From assembly GCA_965214705.1 (NCBI GenBank), contig OZ243972.1:1472001-1536000 (forward strand): DNA of 64,000 bases. Direction: 5' to 3'. Shown here one piece after another: positions 41,883-52,800 of the stretch. Numbering within the stretch: position 1 is the first letter of the stretch; the number at the start of each line of letters is the position of its first letter. Origin of the DNA: Alphaproteobacteria bacterium. Lineage in GTDB: Bacteria; Pseudomonadota; Alphaproteobacteria; UBA828. The translations under genes were made by a program, and so were the position numbers. Below the pieces are notes generated by a model. That model worked only from the letters and a program-made list of their open reading frames with translations. It searched no databases and was not told the origin of the DNA.

Positions 41883-42307
41883 CGCCGCTCCAGCACCGCG
41901 ATCACACGCGCCAGTGCCGAGGCGTCGACCGCCCGATCGACGATCACCCGGCGATCGCCCGAAAGCACGATCTCCATTCGCCCAGAAGCCGGCGCTCCCT
42001 CCGCGACGTCATCGTCGGACTGCGGGCTCATCGCCGCAGCTCCCGCCTCATGGCTTGGTGCCCCCTCGACGACGACCGGGACAAACCGGGCGACCCCGCC
42101 GACGCGTTCAGCCTCGCGAAACAGACGCCGCCACCTGAAAATCTGATTAGCGTTGAGGTTGTAGCGCTGGGCCACCATCGGCACCGAAACTCCAGGCTCG
42201 TGGGTCTCCGCCACGATCTGCCGCTTCTGTGCCTCGCTCCACCGCCGACGACGGCGACCAACCGATCCGACGCCAGCCTCGCCCGCCTTCTCCTCGCCAA
42301 CTGACAT
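41879..42307 (-). CDS. tnpA: IS66 accessory protein TnpA
   Basis: RRRWSEAQKRQIV...NQIFRWRR HTH. Confidence 0.9.
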   Translation of the reverse strand: MSVGEEKAGEAGVGSVGRRRRRWSEAQKRQIVAETHEPGVSVPMVAQRYNLNANQIFRWRRLFREAERVGGVARFVPVVVEGAPSHEAGAAAMSPQSDDDVAEGAPASGRMEIVLSGDRRVIVDRAVDASALARVIAVLERR

Positions 42308-42420
42308 CAGCTAAGCGTCCAACTAAATCGAAGTGGACACTTACGAAGCACCCACTACCCGAGCGCTCAGCCTGCCAAAACTCCCCCGTTTCAAACAGAC
42401 GGCCTACGCCGAATGGTTAC

Positions 42421-42577
42421 GGAGCTCCGTCGCTTGGGCGAGGAACTCACACACCATGAGGCCAGCAGTCGCCAAGCCTTGGCAATCATACGGCTGCTGC
42501 TGCTCACCTGATGCCGAAAGAGCGCGGTACTCACGCTGAAAGGACGCTCTTACCAGGAAGGCAAGCTGTCTCTGCCG
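42421..42577 (+). pseudogene. Second relic of the phage-type tyrosine integrase family
   Basis: ELRRLGEEL...IIRLLLLT*CRKS; 22 bp identical to 19454-19475 at 42485-42506. Confidence 0.75.
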
Positions 42578-42676
42578 TCATCCACAGACCTCGAAGAATC
42601 GCATGACGAAACGATCCATCCGTGCCGCCATGCAGACGCCAACAACATTTTCCAGCGCTTTGCATCATCTGTACAA

Positions 42677-44114
42677 TCAGTCGCTCCTGGAAATTGGCCC
42701 GCTCTTCTTACTTCGTCGGGATAGATCACTAGGCCGTGCAAGACCACCTTCAATCCTCAAATGAATTATTGGTATCGATGCATTGCCAATCTGTTTCAAT
42801 ATAATTCGCGTGCTACTCGCAGGTGGTTGTGGAGCGGTTGTTTTCCGCTTGCTATCCAATATGCATAGTACACCGACCCTTTTACCACTTGATACCACAT
42901 ACTGCGCCGTCTGATCAGCGAATTTTTCAATTGTCTTACTGTCAACTTCTCCTGATGGTATCGCTTTTAGCTCTACCCTTATCCGATGAAATGACAAATC
43001 ACAAATGCCACGACCGGTCTGAGGATGTTTCTCTAGATCCTCTCCTATACTTGGCCATCTCCGTAATGATTTCACGGCCTCAGACTGAAATACATCCTCT
43101 CTTGTGCCTTCTGGGAACAAAGCATCCGACAACGCTTGGCCCGCCAAGTTGCCGAGGCATGCACACACTTCTAGCGCATTTGCCAAGTCAGCATCAGGAA
43201 GACCCGGAACAGCGCGCAACTCACTTCTAATGTCAAGTATCTTCTCATCAAACTCCGCATACCCACTAACCCGACCACTCCTATGATCCACGCTTTCGAT
43301 CCGTAAAGTTCTCTGTCCTACAATATCCAACGCCTGTTCCGATCTGTCCGGTTCGAAGACACCCCGATATTTGAACTCAAAGGGTCGTGCGCCCAACGCC
43401 GCGCTAACTTTCAGTCGCAACCGTCCTACTCGGCGAAAGATAAACGGGCCCTTACCCTCAGGCGCATTCGGAGGAGTGATTGAAAACGTCGGCAAATCAT
43501 AGCTATCCTCTGGTTCCATCGATACCGGCACAACAATGAGCCGCTTGGCATCGTTAGGCCATCTAGAGACTCTCAAGTCCAGGCCTACATCGTACGCCAC
43601 GTTAGTACGAAGCGTGTTTATGTCCTTAGCCGCACATCCATTGATTTCGAATTTGATGAAAGCAATCTCAAGCCGCTTCTTCGATTTGCTTTGGGAATCG
43701 TCGACAGTTTCACCGGACGGGAAAACGTTCTGCGCCACCATACCGAAGAGCATTGCGGTTCTTAGCGTTCGTATCTTTAACTCCGCCACCTCACTTGGTT
43801 GTTGAAGCTCAGCCAATCCCCGCAACACATCTTGTAGCGCACACGCTTCTTCTTCCGATTGCTGCGCAAGTGATTCCTGCGCGCGTAGCCTACAAGCGTC
43901 TCGGAATCTGTGCGAATCTGCTTCGGCCGTACGAATCGCTCCAATCCAGCGCTGCGCCATGGCTAGACAATGAAGCGTGGTCGAAAACGCGCTCAGCTCG
44001 CTGCCGGGATGCAGTTTACCGAAATCGTCACCAATAAGCTTGATTTCAGCCGCTGACCGCTCAATGGCAACAGCATTACCTAGCTCTACTGCTGCTAGTG
44101 CAGAAAGTCTACTC
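42677..44114 (-). pseudogene. Putative PD-(D/E)XK nuclease effector, separated from its first 12 codons (45614-45650) by an IS
   Basis: C-terminal E-DVFQ...GRGICDL...IRVELK...QTAQY; removing the IS restores MKGNLFDRSFSSRLS..., 489 aa. Confidence 0.72.
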
Positions 44115-45613
44115 GAGCCGCTTGCAAAACTCTGATCGACTCGGAGCGGCGCAAGAACACCCAAGCTAGCAGCGACGTCGGCGCACGGCAATTGGCGCGA
44201 TTTTGATCGCGACCATGGTCGGATCAGCGTTGGCGCTGCCTCCGATTCGGTATTTTCGCCGAACTCCAGGCGCGTTTGGCCGCTCCGCCTCTCAGGAAGT
44301 GCGGCTGCGGTGATGGCGAAGGAGAGGAGCCGGACTAGATCGGCGGAACGATAAGGCGCATCAGCTGGCTGGCCGTCAGCACGGTCATGCCGAACATGAG
44401 GTGGGCGAGAACCTTGTCGTACCCGCGCACGCGGACATGGCGGCCGCCGAACTCATCCTTGAGCCGCCCATTGATCCGCTCGGACCCCGAGCGCACGACG
44501 TAACGACGCTCCTCGGGAAAGACGAGGCCGAGCGTGCGCCGCGCCTTCTTCTCCTGCTTCAACGCCTCTTGCATTTCGACCGAGCGGCGGGGGTTCACGT
44601 CGATGATCGGCTTGTGGCCCAGCAAGATGCTGTGCGCCCAGATCTCGATGGAATCATAGGCCGCGTCCATAAGGTCGTAGAGGTTCTCGACCCGCCCGGC
44701 CGTCAGGGTTCCCAACGGAATCGCCACCTGGGAGTCATGCGTCGACGCAGACGTCATGATGCAGCTGATGGGGATCCCGCCATCGGCGGTATCGACGTGC
44801 AGCTTGTACCCGATCCAGGAGGTGGTATGGCCCTTGGCGTTGCGCTTGCTGCCGACATCGCAGGCCCTCGGCAGGTCTGCCAGCATCTGCGGAAGGCTCA
44901 TCGTCAGTTGCCGTTCCAGCCGGCTCGGCTCCTTCGCCCGCGCCTCTCCCTTGCGTGGCCGCCCCCGCTTGCGCCGCTTCGGCTTCGCTGCCTTCGGCTT
45001 CGGCTTCTCCCGCGCCTCGATCGCCGTCGCATCCCGCGAGATGTGCTCGACAAGATGGCCATCCATCGTCCGCGCAATCAACGTCTCATGCAGACGGTTC
45101 GCAAGACGGCTCTCGGCAAACTCGGAAAAGGCCCGCGAAAACGTCGCCTCGCTCGGAAGCCGGCCGGCACCGCTCCAGCCGCACAGCCGGCATAGCCTGC
45201 CGTCAACCTCAAGACGCTCGATCAGGCCGCGCGTCGTCGGAACGTCGAACACGGCCTTGGCGATGAAGGCGCGCGCCAGCGCCGCGCGGTCCTCCTCCGG
45301 CCGCCCTACCTGGCCGCGGAAGTAGGGCAGAAGAGCCTCGACCCGCACCAGTTCCAGAACCGCGACGAACAGCTCGTAGCGCTCGCCCATCGGGCCAAGC
45401 TCGCTCTCGAGCCTCGGGAATAACTCTTGTTGAAAGGCGTACCAGTAATCCGATAGCATCTCGCGCAGGGACACGGCTCCACTCCTCCGTGGTCATCATG
45501 CGGTGTTTTGCGCTAGCGCAGCACATGATACTCACGAGGGTGGGCCGGTCCCACCGCAAAGGCCTTCACTCAGGCAGAAGAGCAACTCGACTCAGCTATT
45601 TTGCAAGAGGCTC
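44115..45613 (-). mobile_element. IS5/IS1182-clan insertion sequence (complete)
   Basis: IR gagcc(g/t)cttgcaaaa; 5-bp TSD tactc (44110-44114, 45614-45618). Confidence 0.9.
44335..45474 (-). CDS. DDE transposase (DUF772 + DDE_Tnp_1 type)
   Basis: PSEATFSRAF, SRDAT, GYKLH, HDSQ, MDAAYD and ERING motifs. Confidence 0.9.
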   Translation of the reverse strand: MSLREMLSDYWYAFQQELFPRLESELGPMGERYELFVAVLELVRVEALLPYFRGQVGRPEEDRAALARAFIAKAVFDVPTTRGLIERLEVDGRLCRLCGWSGAGRLPSEATFSRAFSEFAESRLANRLHETLIARTMDGHLVEHISRDATAIEAREKPKPKAAKPKRRKRGRPRKGEARAKEPSRLERQLTMSLPQMLADLPRACDVGSKRNAKGHTTSWIGYKLHVDTADGGIPISCIMTSASTHDSQVAIPLGTLTAGRVENLYDLMDAAYDSIEIWAHSILLGHKPIIDVNPRRSVEMQEALKQEKKARRTLGLVFPEERRYVVRSGSERINGRLKDEFGGRHVRVRGYDKVLAHLMFGMTVLTASQLMRLIVPPI

Positions 45614-48195
45614 TACTCGAAAAAGAACGGTCGAAAAGATTGCCTTTCATTCCGTTCCGCCTCTTCATCCGCCGTGCGCTTTTGCAACGATGACCAGTTC
45701 ATTCTTGCCTCAGCAACCGAAATTCCTTCTGAAGCACGCTTCAACTCGAACTCACACACCTGCCGAAGACCTTCGTAATGGTATTTCAACATACGTTGCC
45801 TCCGCGTATTGGGAATTTGGGAGAGTATTCGTACGCAAACATCAGTTGCCTCTTGCCAACATCCTACCTTAGCCAGAAGCGTGATAAGCGAGTTTGCAAT
45901 GTATGGATGTGTTGTAGCGAATGCTAGCGCGGAATCAGCAATATCTTCTGAATTCGACTCTAGACTTTTCACAGGCACTTCGTCCAAGAGTTGTAATACT
46001 TGATCTCGTCCATTGTAGTCTACCATGCCATGACCGAGCGTTTTGATACAGAGTGGTACGATTCCCGGCGCATTCACTAGAGAGCCACCAAGGGAGTCCA
46101 ATGCCTCCCGTGCATGGAGGCTGTCCATTTGATCAATCACAGAAACCACAAACTCTCCATGGCTTTCCGCTAGCTGCGTATCCGTTAGGCAGCCGTATAC
46201 ATACTTTCGAAGAAGATCAACCACAAAATCCGGGTCATCTTGAGTGCGTCGGTAGACTCGAATTAGAACAAGCAACGATAAGGCCACATCAACCTTAAGT
46301 CTCTCTGGAAAATCATAAATCTTCAAGGAGCGTGCGGCCGCCTTGTGGACATATACGTTAGGATCACTTAGAAGCACCAAATACACTTCGAACATGAGAT
46401 CAGGCAGATCTCGCCTCACTTCATGAGACATTTCACCAACCGCGCGCGCAGCGTTACCCCGAATAAGTGCTTCTGGATCAGTCATCGCTCGGTAAAGGTG
46501 AGGAATAACGTCGCTGTAATGCGAAGAACTCTTCATCAAGACGGACAAGTGCTTAACTACATTGGCCCGCATCTCGACTTCCGTCTCCGGAAGTGCTTCG
46601 TAAAATGACAACGCCCGTTTGGTACTATGTATCCCCTCTTGGTCGCTTGCTTGGAATGCCCAGGCTATTAGGTTGCTTTGCAAGAGGTATATAGTGTTGC
46701 GTTTCCGGCTTCGCTCTAAATCTTCGAGACCCGTTCTCTCCGCCGCGTCTACCTTCGGTGGTTCGTGTCCACTCAGCTTGCTTGACAGTGTCGCCGCGGC
46801 GCCGAGTATGCCGTCAACGTGCTTCGCGGCTATAGGCAAAAGATCGGAACGGACATACGAAAAGAAGTGAGTAGCGGTATTATTAAACGAATCATATGGA
46901 TTATCAACTGCCATCCAAAGGATTCTAGTAAACGCTCGTTCTTCCGCTTCTCCGGGAGTGATGGTTGACCTGCTCCATTCTCCTCTCAATACTCCTGAGT
47001 ATATCAGTGCCGCTTCAGATCGAGCGGTTTCGCTGGCTCCCTCCAGCAGGAGCTGAAGAAGGGAATCTGCTTGCTCTGGAAAACAACGGAACAATCCTAC
47101 CACGGTGCTTCGCAATACCTGCAGCCAATCAACTGTGCTGTCTTGCCCATACTCTGGAAGCAAATGATTTCGTCGTAACAACTTAGCTAGAACATCCCGC
47201 AAGAGCGGTTCTACAATGTCTGGGTGTGACTCTGTCACGACTGAAATGGCACGGAAGGCCGCGTCGATTAGCCCCGATTGCCCAGACTGCAGGCAGCTAT
47301 TGAGAACATGTGTAGTATCTTCAGGATGACAGGCCGCGATAGCCAACAGTGGGCCTGAGTCGGTCTTACGTTCAAAATGTGGAAAGCTGGAGTATGGACG
47401 AGCAAGAAGAGCCAAATTGGGGAGTATGGCTGTGATTTCTTCTTGAGACAGGCGATGGGAGGATTCCTTCAAGTAGTTCGCGGCAACTTCATCAGTATTC
47501 TGGTTGGAGGCATTTCGCACAGCAAAATATTTCTTAATCTCATCTTCGACCGGAAGCTGCAATATTGTACGCAGAGCCGGGATCTCTAACTTGGCATTTT
47601 TGCTTTCCAGTTTCTCTTTTAGAAAGTCAATAATTTCAGTGGAAAATGTTTCTGGCGCAAGACATGCCAGCTCCACTAGCATGGCATGGTTCTTGGCATC
47701 ATCTTGCTGTACAATGGAGACCAGCAAATCAACTATCTGATTTGTAAATTCATCTCCAGGAACACGTAGCCGTTCCAACTCTGCTAGTTCTTCGTCCTGT
47801 CGACGGGCTTCGTAGACTCTTTGTTTTGATTCGCGCTCACTACGCTCTTTCTCCCGTTCCTTGTACGCTTGAATCAATGGCTCAATGCTTTGACCCGTTC
47901 CAGGTGAACGCTTGTCGCAAGACTCGCAATGGGCGAGACAAAAGTTGATGGCTGCATCCTCGAGGTCCCAGCAATGCATGCCGGTATCGGGAGCATGGTC
48001 ACACTCAATTCCCATGAGCCCTATGGGCACGCCCGCAATTTGCTCCACCAAGCCAATGCCGCCTGAGCGAGCAATTCGCGCATTCTTACACCAATTGGCG
48101 ACTTGTCGAGCGATTCGTTCGTTTTTTTGGCCCTGCAGTACTAGCTCTTGAATTCGCTCTTCGCTTGAGTCTTCCATGTCTAGGGAGCGCCCCAT
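45613..48195 (-). CDS. Large HEAT/ARM-repeat protein with N-terminal Cys/His motif
   Basis: WC...CDH...CESC, charged coiled coil, HEAT-like AMTDPEALIRGNAARAVG and LLSDPNVYVHKAAARSL; visibly lower GC; start may be 48177. Confidence 0.78.
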   Translation of the reverse strand: MGRSLDMEDSSEERIQELVLQGQKNERIARQVANWCKNARIARSGGIGLVEQIAGVPIGLMGIECDHAPDTGMHCWDLEDAAINFCLAHCESCDKRSPGTGQSIEPLIQAYKEREKERSERESKQRVYEARRQDEELAELERLRVPGDEFTNQIVDLLVSIVQQDDAKNHAMLVELACLAPETFSTEIIDFLKEKLESKNAKLEIPALRTILQLPVEDEIKKYFAVRNASNQNTDEVAANYLKESSHRLSQEEITAILPNLALLARPYSSFPHFERKTDSGPLLAIAACHPEDTTHVLNSCLQSGQSGLIDAAFRAISVVTESHPDIVEPLLRDVLAKLLRRNHLLPEYGQDSTVDWLQVLRSTVVGLFRCFPEQADSLLQLLLEGASETARSEAALIYSGVLRGEWSRSTITPGEAEERAFTRILWMAVDNPYDSFNNTATHFFSYVRSDLLPIAAKHVDGILGAAATLSSKLSGHEPPKVDAAERTGLEDLERSRKRNTIYLLQSNLIAWAFQASDQEGIHSTKRALSFYEALPETEVEMRANVVKHLSVLMKSSSHYSDVIPHLYRAMTDPEALIRGNAARAVGEMSHEVRRDLPDLMFEVYLVLLSDPNVYVHKAAARSLKIYDFPERLKVDVALSLLVLIRVYRRTQDDPDFVVDLLRKYVYGCLTDTQLAESHGEFVVSVIDQMDSLHAREALDSLGGSLVNAPGIVPLCIKTLGHGMVDYNGRDQVLQLLDEVPVKSLESNSEDIADSALAFATTHPYIANSLITLLAKVGCWQEATDVCVRILSQIPNTRRQRMLKYHYEGLRQVCEFELKRASEGISVAEARMNWSSLQKRTADEEAERNERQSFRPFFFE

Positions 48196-49824
48196 TACCT
48201 GCTAACGCTCATATTGCAGTAGCGGTGCGTTACGCTTGAACAGTAATTGGCCGGCGTCGCGATCCGAGTTACACGATCAGCTTCGGTTTCGACAGTGACG
48301 TAAGGATCGGCGGCACTCGCATCGTGCGACGTCCATATAGAAGATTGGGTCAAGGCTGCCGGCAAACGTGGTTCCTTCAACTCAAACCGTCCAGTCTTAG
48401 TCGATTCTATCGGATCCCATCGGGCTCCGCACATAGCCCGAGAGCGTTTCGCTTTCCACGTACCGTTACAATTGTTTTGTCTGCCCCGATGATGGGATCT
48501 TGGAAGTGGGGATCGACACCGCCTCTCCGTACGCGAAGTAATCTGAGTGGATGCGGTCAGGCTCTTCGTCTCGGATATCCCGAGCCCGGCGGTTCGGACG
48601 GCCTCTTTCGCGGTTGATTCCACGGCGATTAACTTGAGCACGGCGTCGACCGCATCTTCGCGAGGTACGTCCCTAGCGCAATGCTCGAGAAGCCGACTGC
48701 CCTTCCCTTGTTGTCTCCTCTCGGATTCCGACCGAACTCGCGCTGAACAGCGCCCAATTCTTGAAGGGAATCTGCAACCAATTCGGAAGCGGCACCGTTC
48801 CCACCCCTCGCATCGCTGTCGTTCTTGACTTCAAGACGCGTACTGGCCCCGCCGCTCTTCGCGTCGCCGGCGGACACCGCTCTACGGCTCTGCACAAACT
48901 CGCTTCGTCGAGATGTGCGTGGCTGTCGGCGGCAACCACGCATCGATGTCCGAGCAGTCTTCCCCCATGTTCAAATTCTCGCCGCTCATGATCGCATGAG
49001 AAGCATGGCTATGTCTCAGATCGTGAAGCAGCGCATCGCAAAGCTCCGTGTCTGATGACATTGGCCACGGGCCGTGGCCCGAAATGCGTTCGAAACCGAG
49101 TCCCTGGAGGGTGCAATATATGGCCGGGTATCAGCTGTTGGCCAGCCAGCTTGACGTGACGATCCTCTCGGTCGCCGGCGGCCGTCCGGCCCGGAAATGG
49201 GCAACGCAGGTCCCGACCGGAACGGTCGAGGGACGAGTCCGGGACTGAGCCGGGACCAGTCTCCGGTCTTCGTGCAGCAGTCGCGCCATGCCATCATCGC
49301 CGACTGCCGCGTGTCTGTGGCTACCACCTTGCGGGACCCCTCAAGCCTTCGCCATGCCGATGTGCGATCTCATTCAGGCCTGTCTCACCGAACTCGACGC
49401 TTCAGACGACATGCGCGGACTTTGGCACGCCGCCAAGGCACGCGCCACGGCGCTGCTCGACACCCCTGGCGTCCCGTCCGCGCTCATTGCCGCCTTGCTC
49501 GACAGCATCAGCGCGGACCGGCACCGCCCCACCTTGAATTGTTCGAAGTCCTCGTGAGACAGGCGCATCTGGACGCCGAGAGCCGGGACCGCCTCGGCGA
49601 GCGGTTCCTGAAGCAGTCCGGCACCACGATAGAGGCAATCATCATCACCGGCGTCCTCGACCACGATACGGGGAACGACCTCACGCTCGCCTATGCCCGC
49701 GCCCGAGTCCGCCCGCCCGAGAGTCTCGTCGCCCTCGTCATGCCTCAGGTGACAGCGTTGGCGGACAGCGGGCGGTATACGGTAGTCCTTCCGGGCGATC
49801 CTTCTAGCCGGCCAGCAGCGGGCT

Positions 49825-52800
49825 TCATGCCGCAGGCCGGGTTACAGGCCGACGCGAGAGAGAACCCGATTGCGCCGGTCCGAACAGCGCATCGATATCG
49901 TCGTCCGTCAGCCCCAGCGGTCCCCGGCCCGTGCCTTCGAACAGCGCGTCCGCCAGGGCCTGCTTGCGCGCCTGCATCCGCTGGATCGCGGCCTCAACGG
50001 TATTCTCGGCAATCAGCCGGTGCACGAACACCGGCTTGTCCTGGCCGATCCGATGCGCCCTGTCCATGGCCTGCCGTTCCGTAGCCGGGTTCCACCAGGG
50101 ATCGTAGACGATCACCGTGTCGGCGGCCGTGAGGTTGAGGCCCGTGCCGCCGGCCTTCAGGCTCGCCAGGAACAGCGGGAGATCGCCGGACTGGAAGGCC
50201 GCGACCTGGGCGTCGCGGTCCTTCGTCGCCCCGTGCAGCATGGCGTAGCCCCAACCTTGCGCGGCGATGTCCCGCTCGATCAGCTTCAGCATTTCCACGA
50301 ACTGGGAGAAGACCAGCACCTTGCGCCCCTCGGCCACCAGCTCCTCCAGCAGCGCGAGAAGGCGCGCCCGCTTGGCGCTCGCGGTTACCTTGCGCGCGGC
50401 GTCGAGCTTCACCAGGCTTGGGTCGCAGCACACTTGGCGCAGCCTGAGCAGCGCCTCGAATATCGCCATCTGCGATGCCGCCAGGCCTTGCGCGGCGATC
50501 GCCTCACGGACCTGCCTGTCCATTGTCGTCCGGATGCCTTCGTAGAGCGCAGCCTGGGCGCCTTCCAGTGGGATCGTTTCGTCTATCACCGTCCTTTCCG
50601 GCAGCTCGGGGGCGACCTCTTCCTTGGTGCGACGCATCAGGAAGGGCTTCACCCGGGCCGCGAGCAGCCGTTGCCGGGCGAGGTCGCCGCGCTTCTCGAT
50701 GGGGGTCCGGAAGTCGGCGGTAAACTTCTTGCGGTTGCCGAGCAGGCCCGGCACGAGCCAGTCGTAGAGCGCCCACAGCTCCTGGAGGCTGTTCTCCAGC
50801 GGCGTCCCGGTCAGCGCCAGGCGCTGGCGCGCGCGAATCTCCCGGATGCGCTTCGAGACCGCCGAGGCAGGATTCTTCACCGCCTGCGCCTCGTCCAGCA
50901 CCGCGATCTCGAAGTCCCGGTCGAACAGCGCCTCGTGGTCCCGGTTGAGCAACGGATAGGTCGTGACGATGAGGTGGTGATCGGGGATTACCGGGAAATG
51001 CCGCCGCCGGTCGGGGCCGTGCAGCACCAACAGCTTCAGATCGGGCACGAAGCGCGCGGCCTCGCGGCGCCAGTTGCCGACCAGGCTGGTCGGCACCACC
51101 AGCAGGCTCGGCCGCTCCACTTTCTCCTCCAGATGCCGGTGCGCCAGCAGCGCCAGCGTCTGTACGGTCTTGCCGAGCCCCATGTCGTCGGCCAGTACCC
51201 CGCCGAAGCCGCTCTCCGAAAGCGCCTTCAGCCAGCCGTAGCCGGTGCGCTGGTAGGGACGCAGTTCGCCCCGAAGCGTGGCGGGTGGAGCCAGCTCCGG
51301 CGCCTCGGCAAGCGCCCGCAGCCGCGCTCCGAGATCGAGGATCTCCCGCCCGCCGGTCCAGGGCGCGCCGCAGCCTTCCAGCGCCTCCGCCAGCGCGAAC
51401 AGGCGGCCCGTATCGGCCCTGTGGAATTCCAGAAGCCCGTGCACCTCCAGGAACGCCTCCGCGAACCGCGCGAAGCGGGAACCGTCCAGGGCGACCCAAC
51501 TGCCGTCATCGAGCCGTGTGTGAAAAGTCCGGCCGGCCAGATGGCTCTCGATGTCGAAGCCTTCCTCCAGCCGGCCCCATTCGTCGACCGGTAGCTCCTC
51601 GACGATCTGGAGCACGATCGGTCCGATGTCGTACTTCCGGCCGTCCGCCTCCAGCGAGAGGCGAAGCGAGAACCAGTCCGTCTCGTCGGCTTCCAGCGAA
51701 GTCGAGAACGCGACCGGCCCTTCGTGCAGCCGGAACGGCCATGAGTCGTCGGCCTCGATGCGCCAGCCCCGGGCCCGCAGTCCCGGAACCGCCCGAACCG
51801 CAAACCCCAGGCCAGCCCCAGCCCCGTCATCCCGCCCGTCGCCGATCGGCGGGAACACCACTTCGGCGTCCCTCAGCTCCGGCGGCAGGTTCCGGTGGTA
51901 ACGCAGCAGCTCGCGGTTTTCCCAGGCATGGGGCGTTGCCGCTTCCCGCAGGATTTCCAGGAGCTCCTCCTCGCGCGCGCGGTCGCGCCGGATGACCGCA
52001 AAGCCCTCGCTCCCCTCCGCCGCCAAGTCATCTCCCCGTCCGGCGCGCACCCGGTTCCCGGCGCCCGGGTAGGCGATCTCGAGCCGGGCACACGGATAGA
52101 CCAGGACATCGCTGCCGCTCACCTCCACAATCCGCCTGCCGTCGTAGGCATGCCGCACCGCCCTGTGCTCGCAGCCGAAGAGCCCGAGCACCGGCTCCGG
52201 CATGACATCGCTGCGCTCCTCGACCCGGTGAAGCTGCGGCACGCGAGCGTGCTGGCCGGCACGGGACAGTCTCGCGGCGACCGCATCGATCGACCCGCGC
52301 TCGACCGGCGGTGCGGCCGCGAGCCAGGACGCCAGCCCCGCCGGCAGCCCGGTTTCAGCGACGCCGATCTCGCCGCTTTGCGGATCCATGAACATCGGCG
52401 TGGGGAAAGGCAGCAGCGTCAGCGGCGAACCCGCATCGTCATGCGCCGCGACCTGCTGCCGGCCCGCCTCGCCGACCTCCCAGGCGAGCACGCAGCGCCG
52501 CGGCTCCGACCACGAAAGCGCCATGCCCCGGATGTCGTCGGCCCGTGCGCGGCCGGTTTCGACGATGCCGCGAACCAGGCCGGTCAGCTCCTCGCCCTCG
52601 GGCCAGTCGTGGCGCCGGGGCCAGATGTCCCCCTGGTAATAGCCGAGCCTGCCGATCAGCGCGGCGTCTTCCGGGGTCAGGAACTTGCGCTGCGCGGACG
52701 CCGTCCCCTCGCGATACTCGCGGAAGTTCGTGCCGATCATGCCGTCCTTCTTCAGATAGGCCCGGTAGGGATCGATGCGCATGCCGCCCGTCGTATCGCG

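Larger units (their letters stand above)
39784..42420 (-). mobile_element. IS66-family element (tnpA-tnpB-tnpC), no TSD
   Basis: Ends gtaaccattcggcgtaggcc (42420) and gtgagcatccggtgaaggcc (39784), 15/20 match; 8-bp flanks differ. Confidence 0.88.

Noticed and set aside
36608-42420. Composite IS66 transposon
   Set aside because: Outer 8-bp flanks (gatctacg vs ggagctcc) do not match
42677-48195. One giant gene split by the IS
   Set aside because: After IS removal the TAG stop persists, and the downstream ORF is in a different frame with its own ATG and RBS
48200-49820. Short ORFs between the HEAT gene and the helicase
   Set aside because: Look like frameshifted debris; no family recognisable
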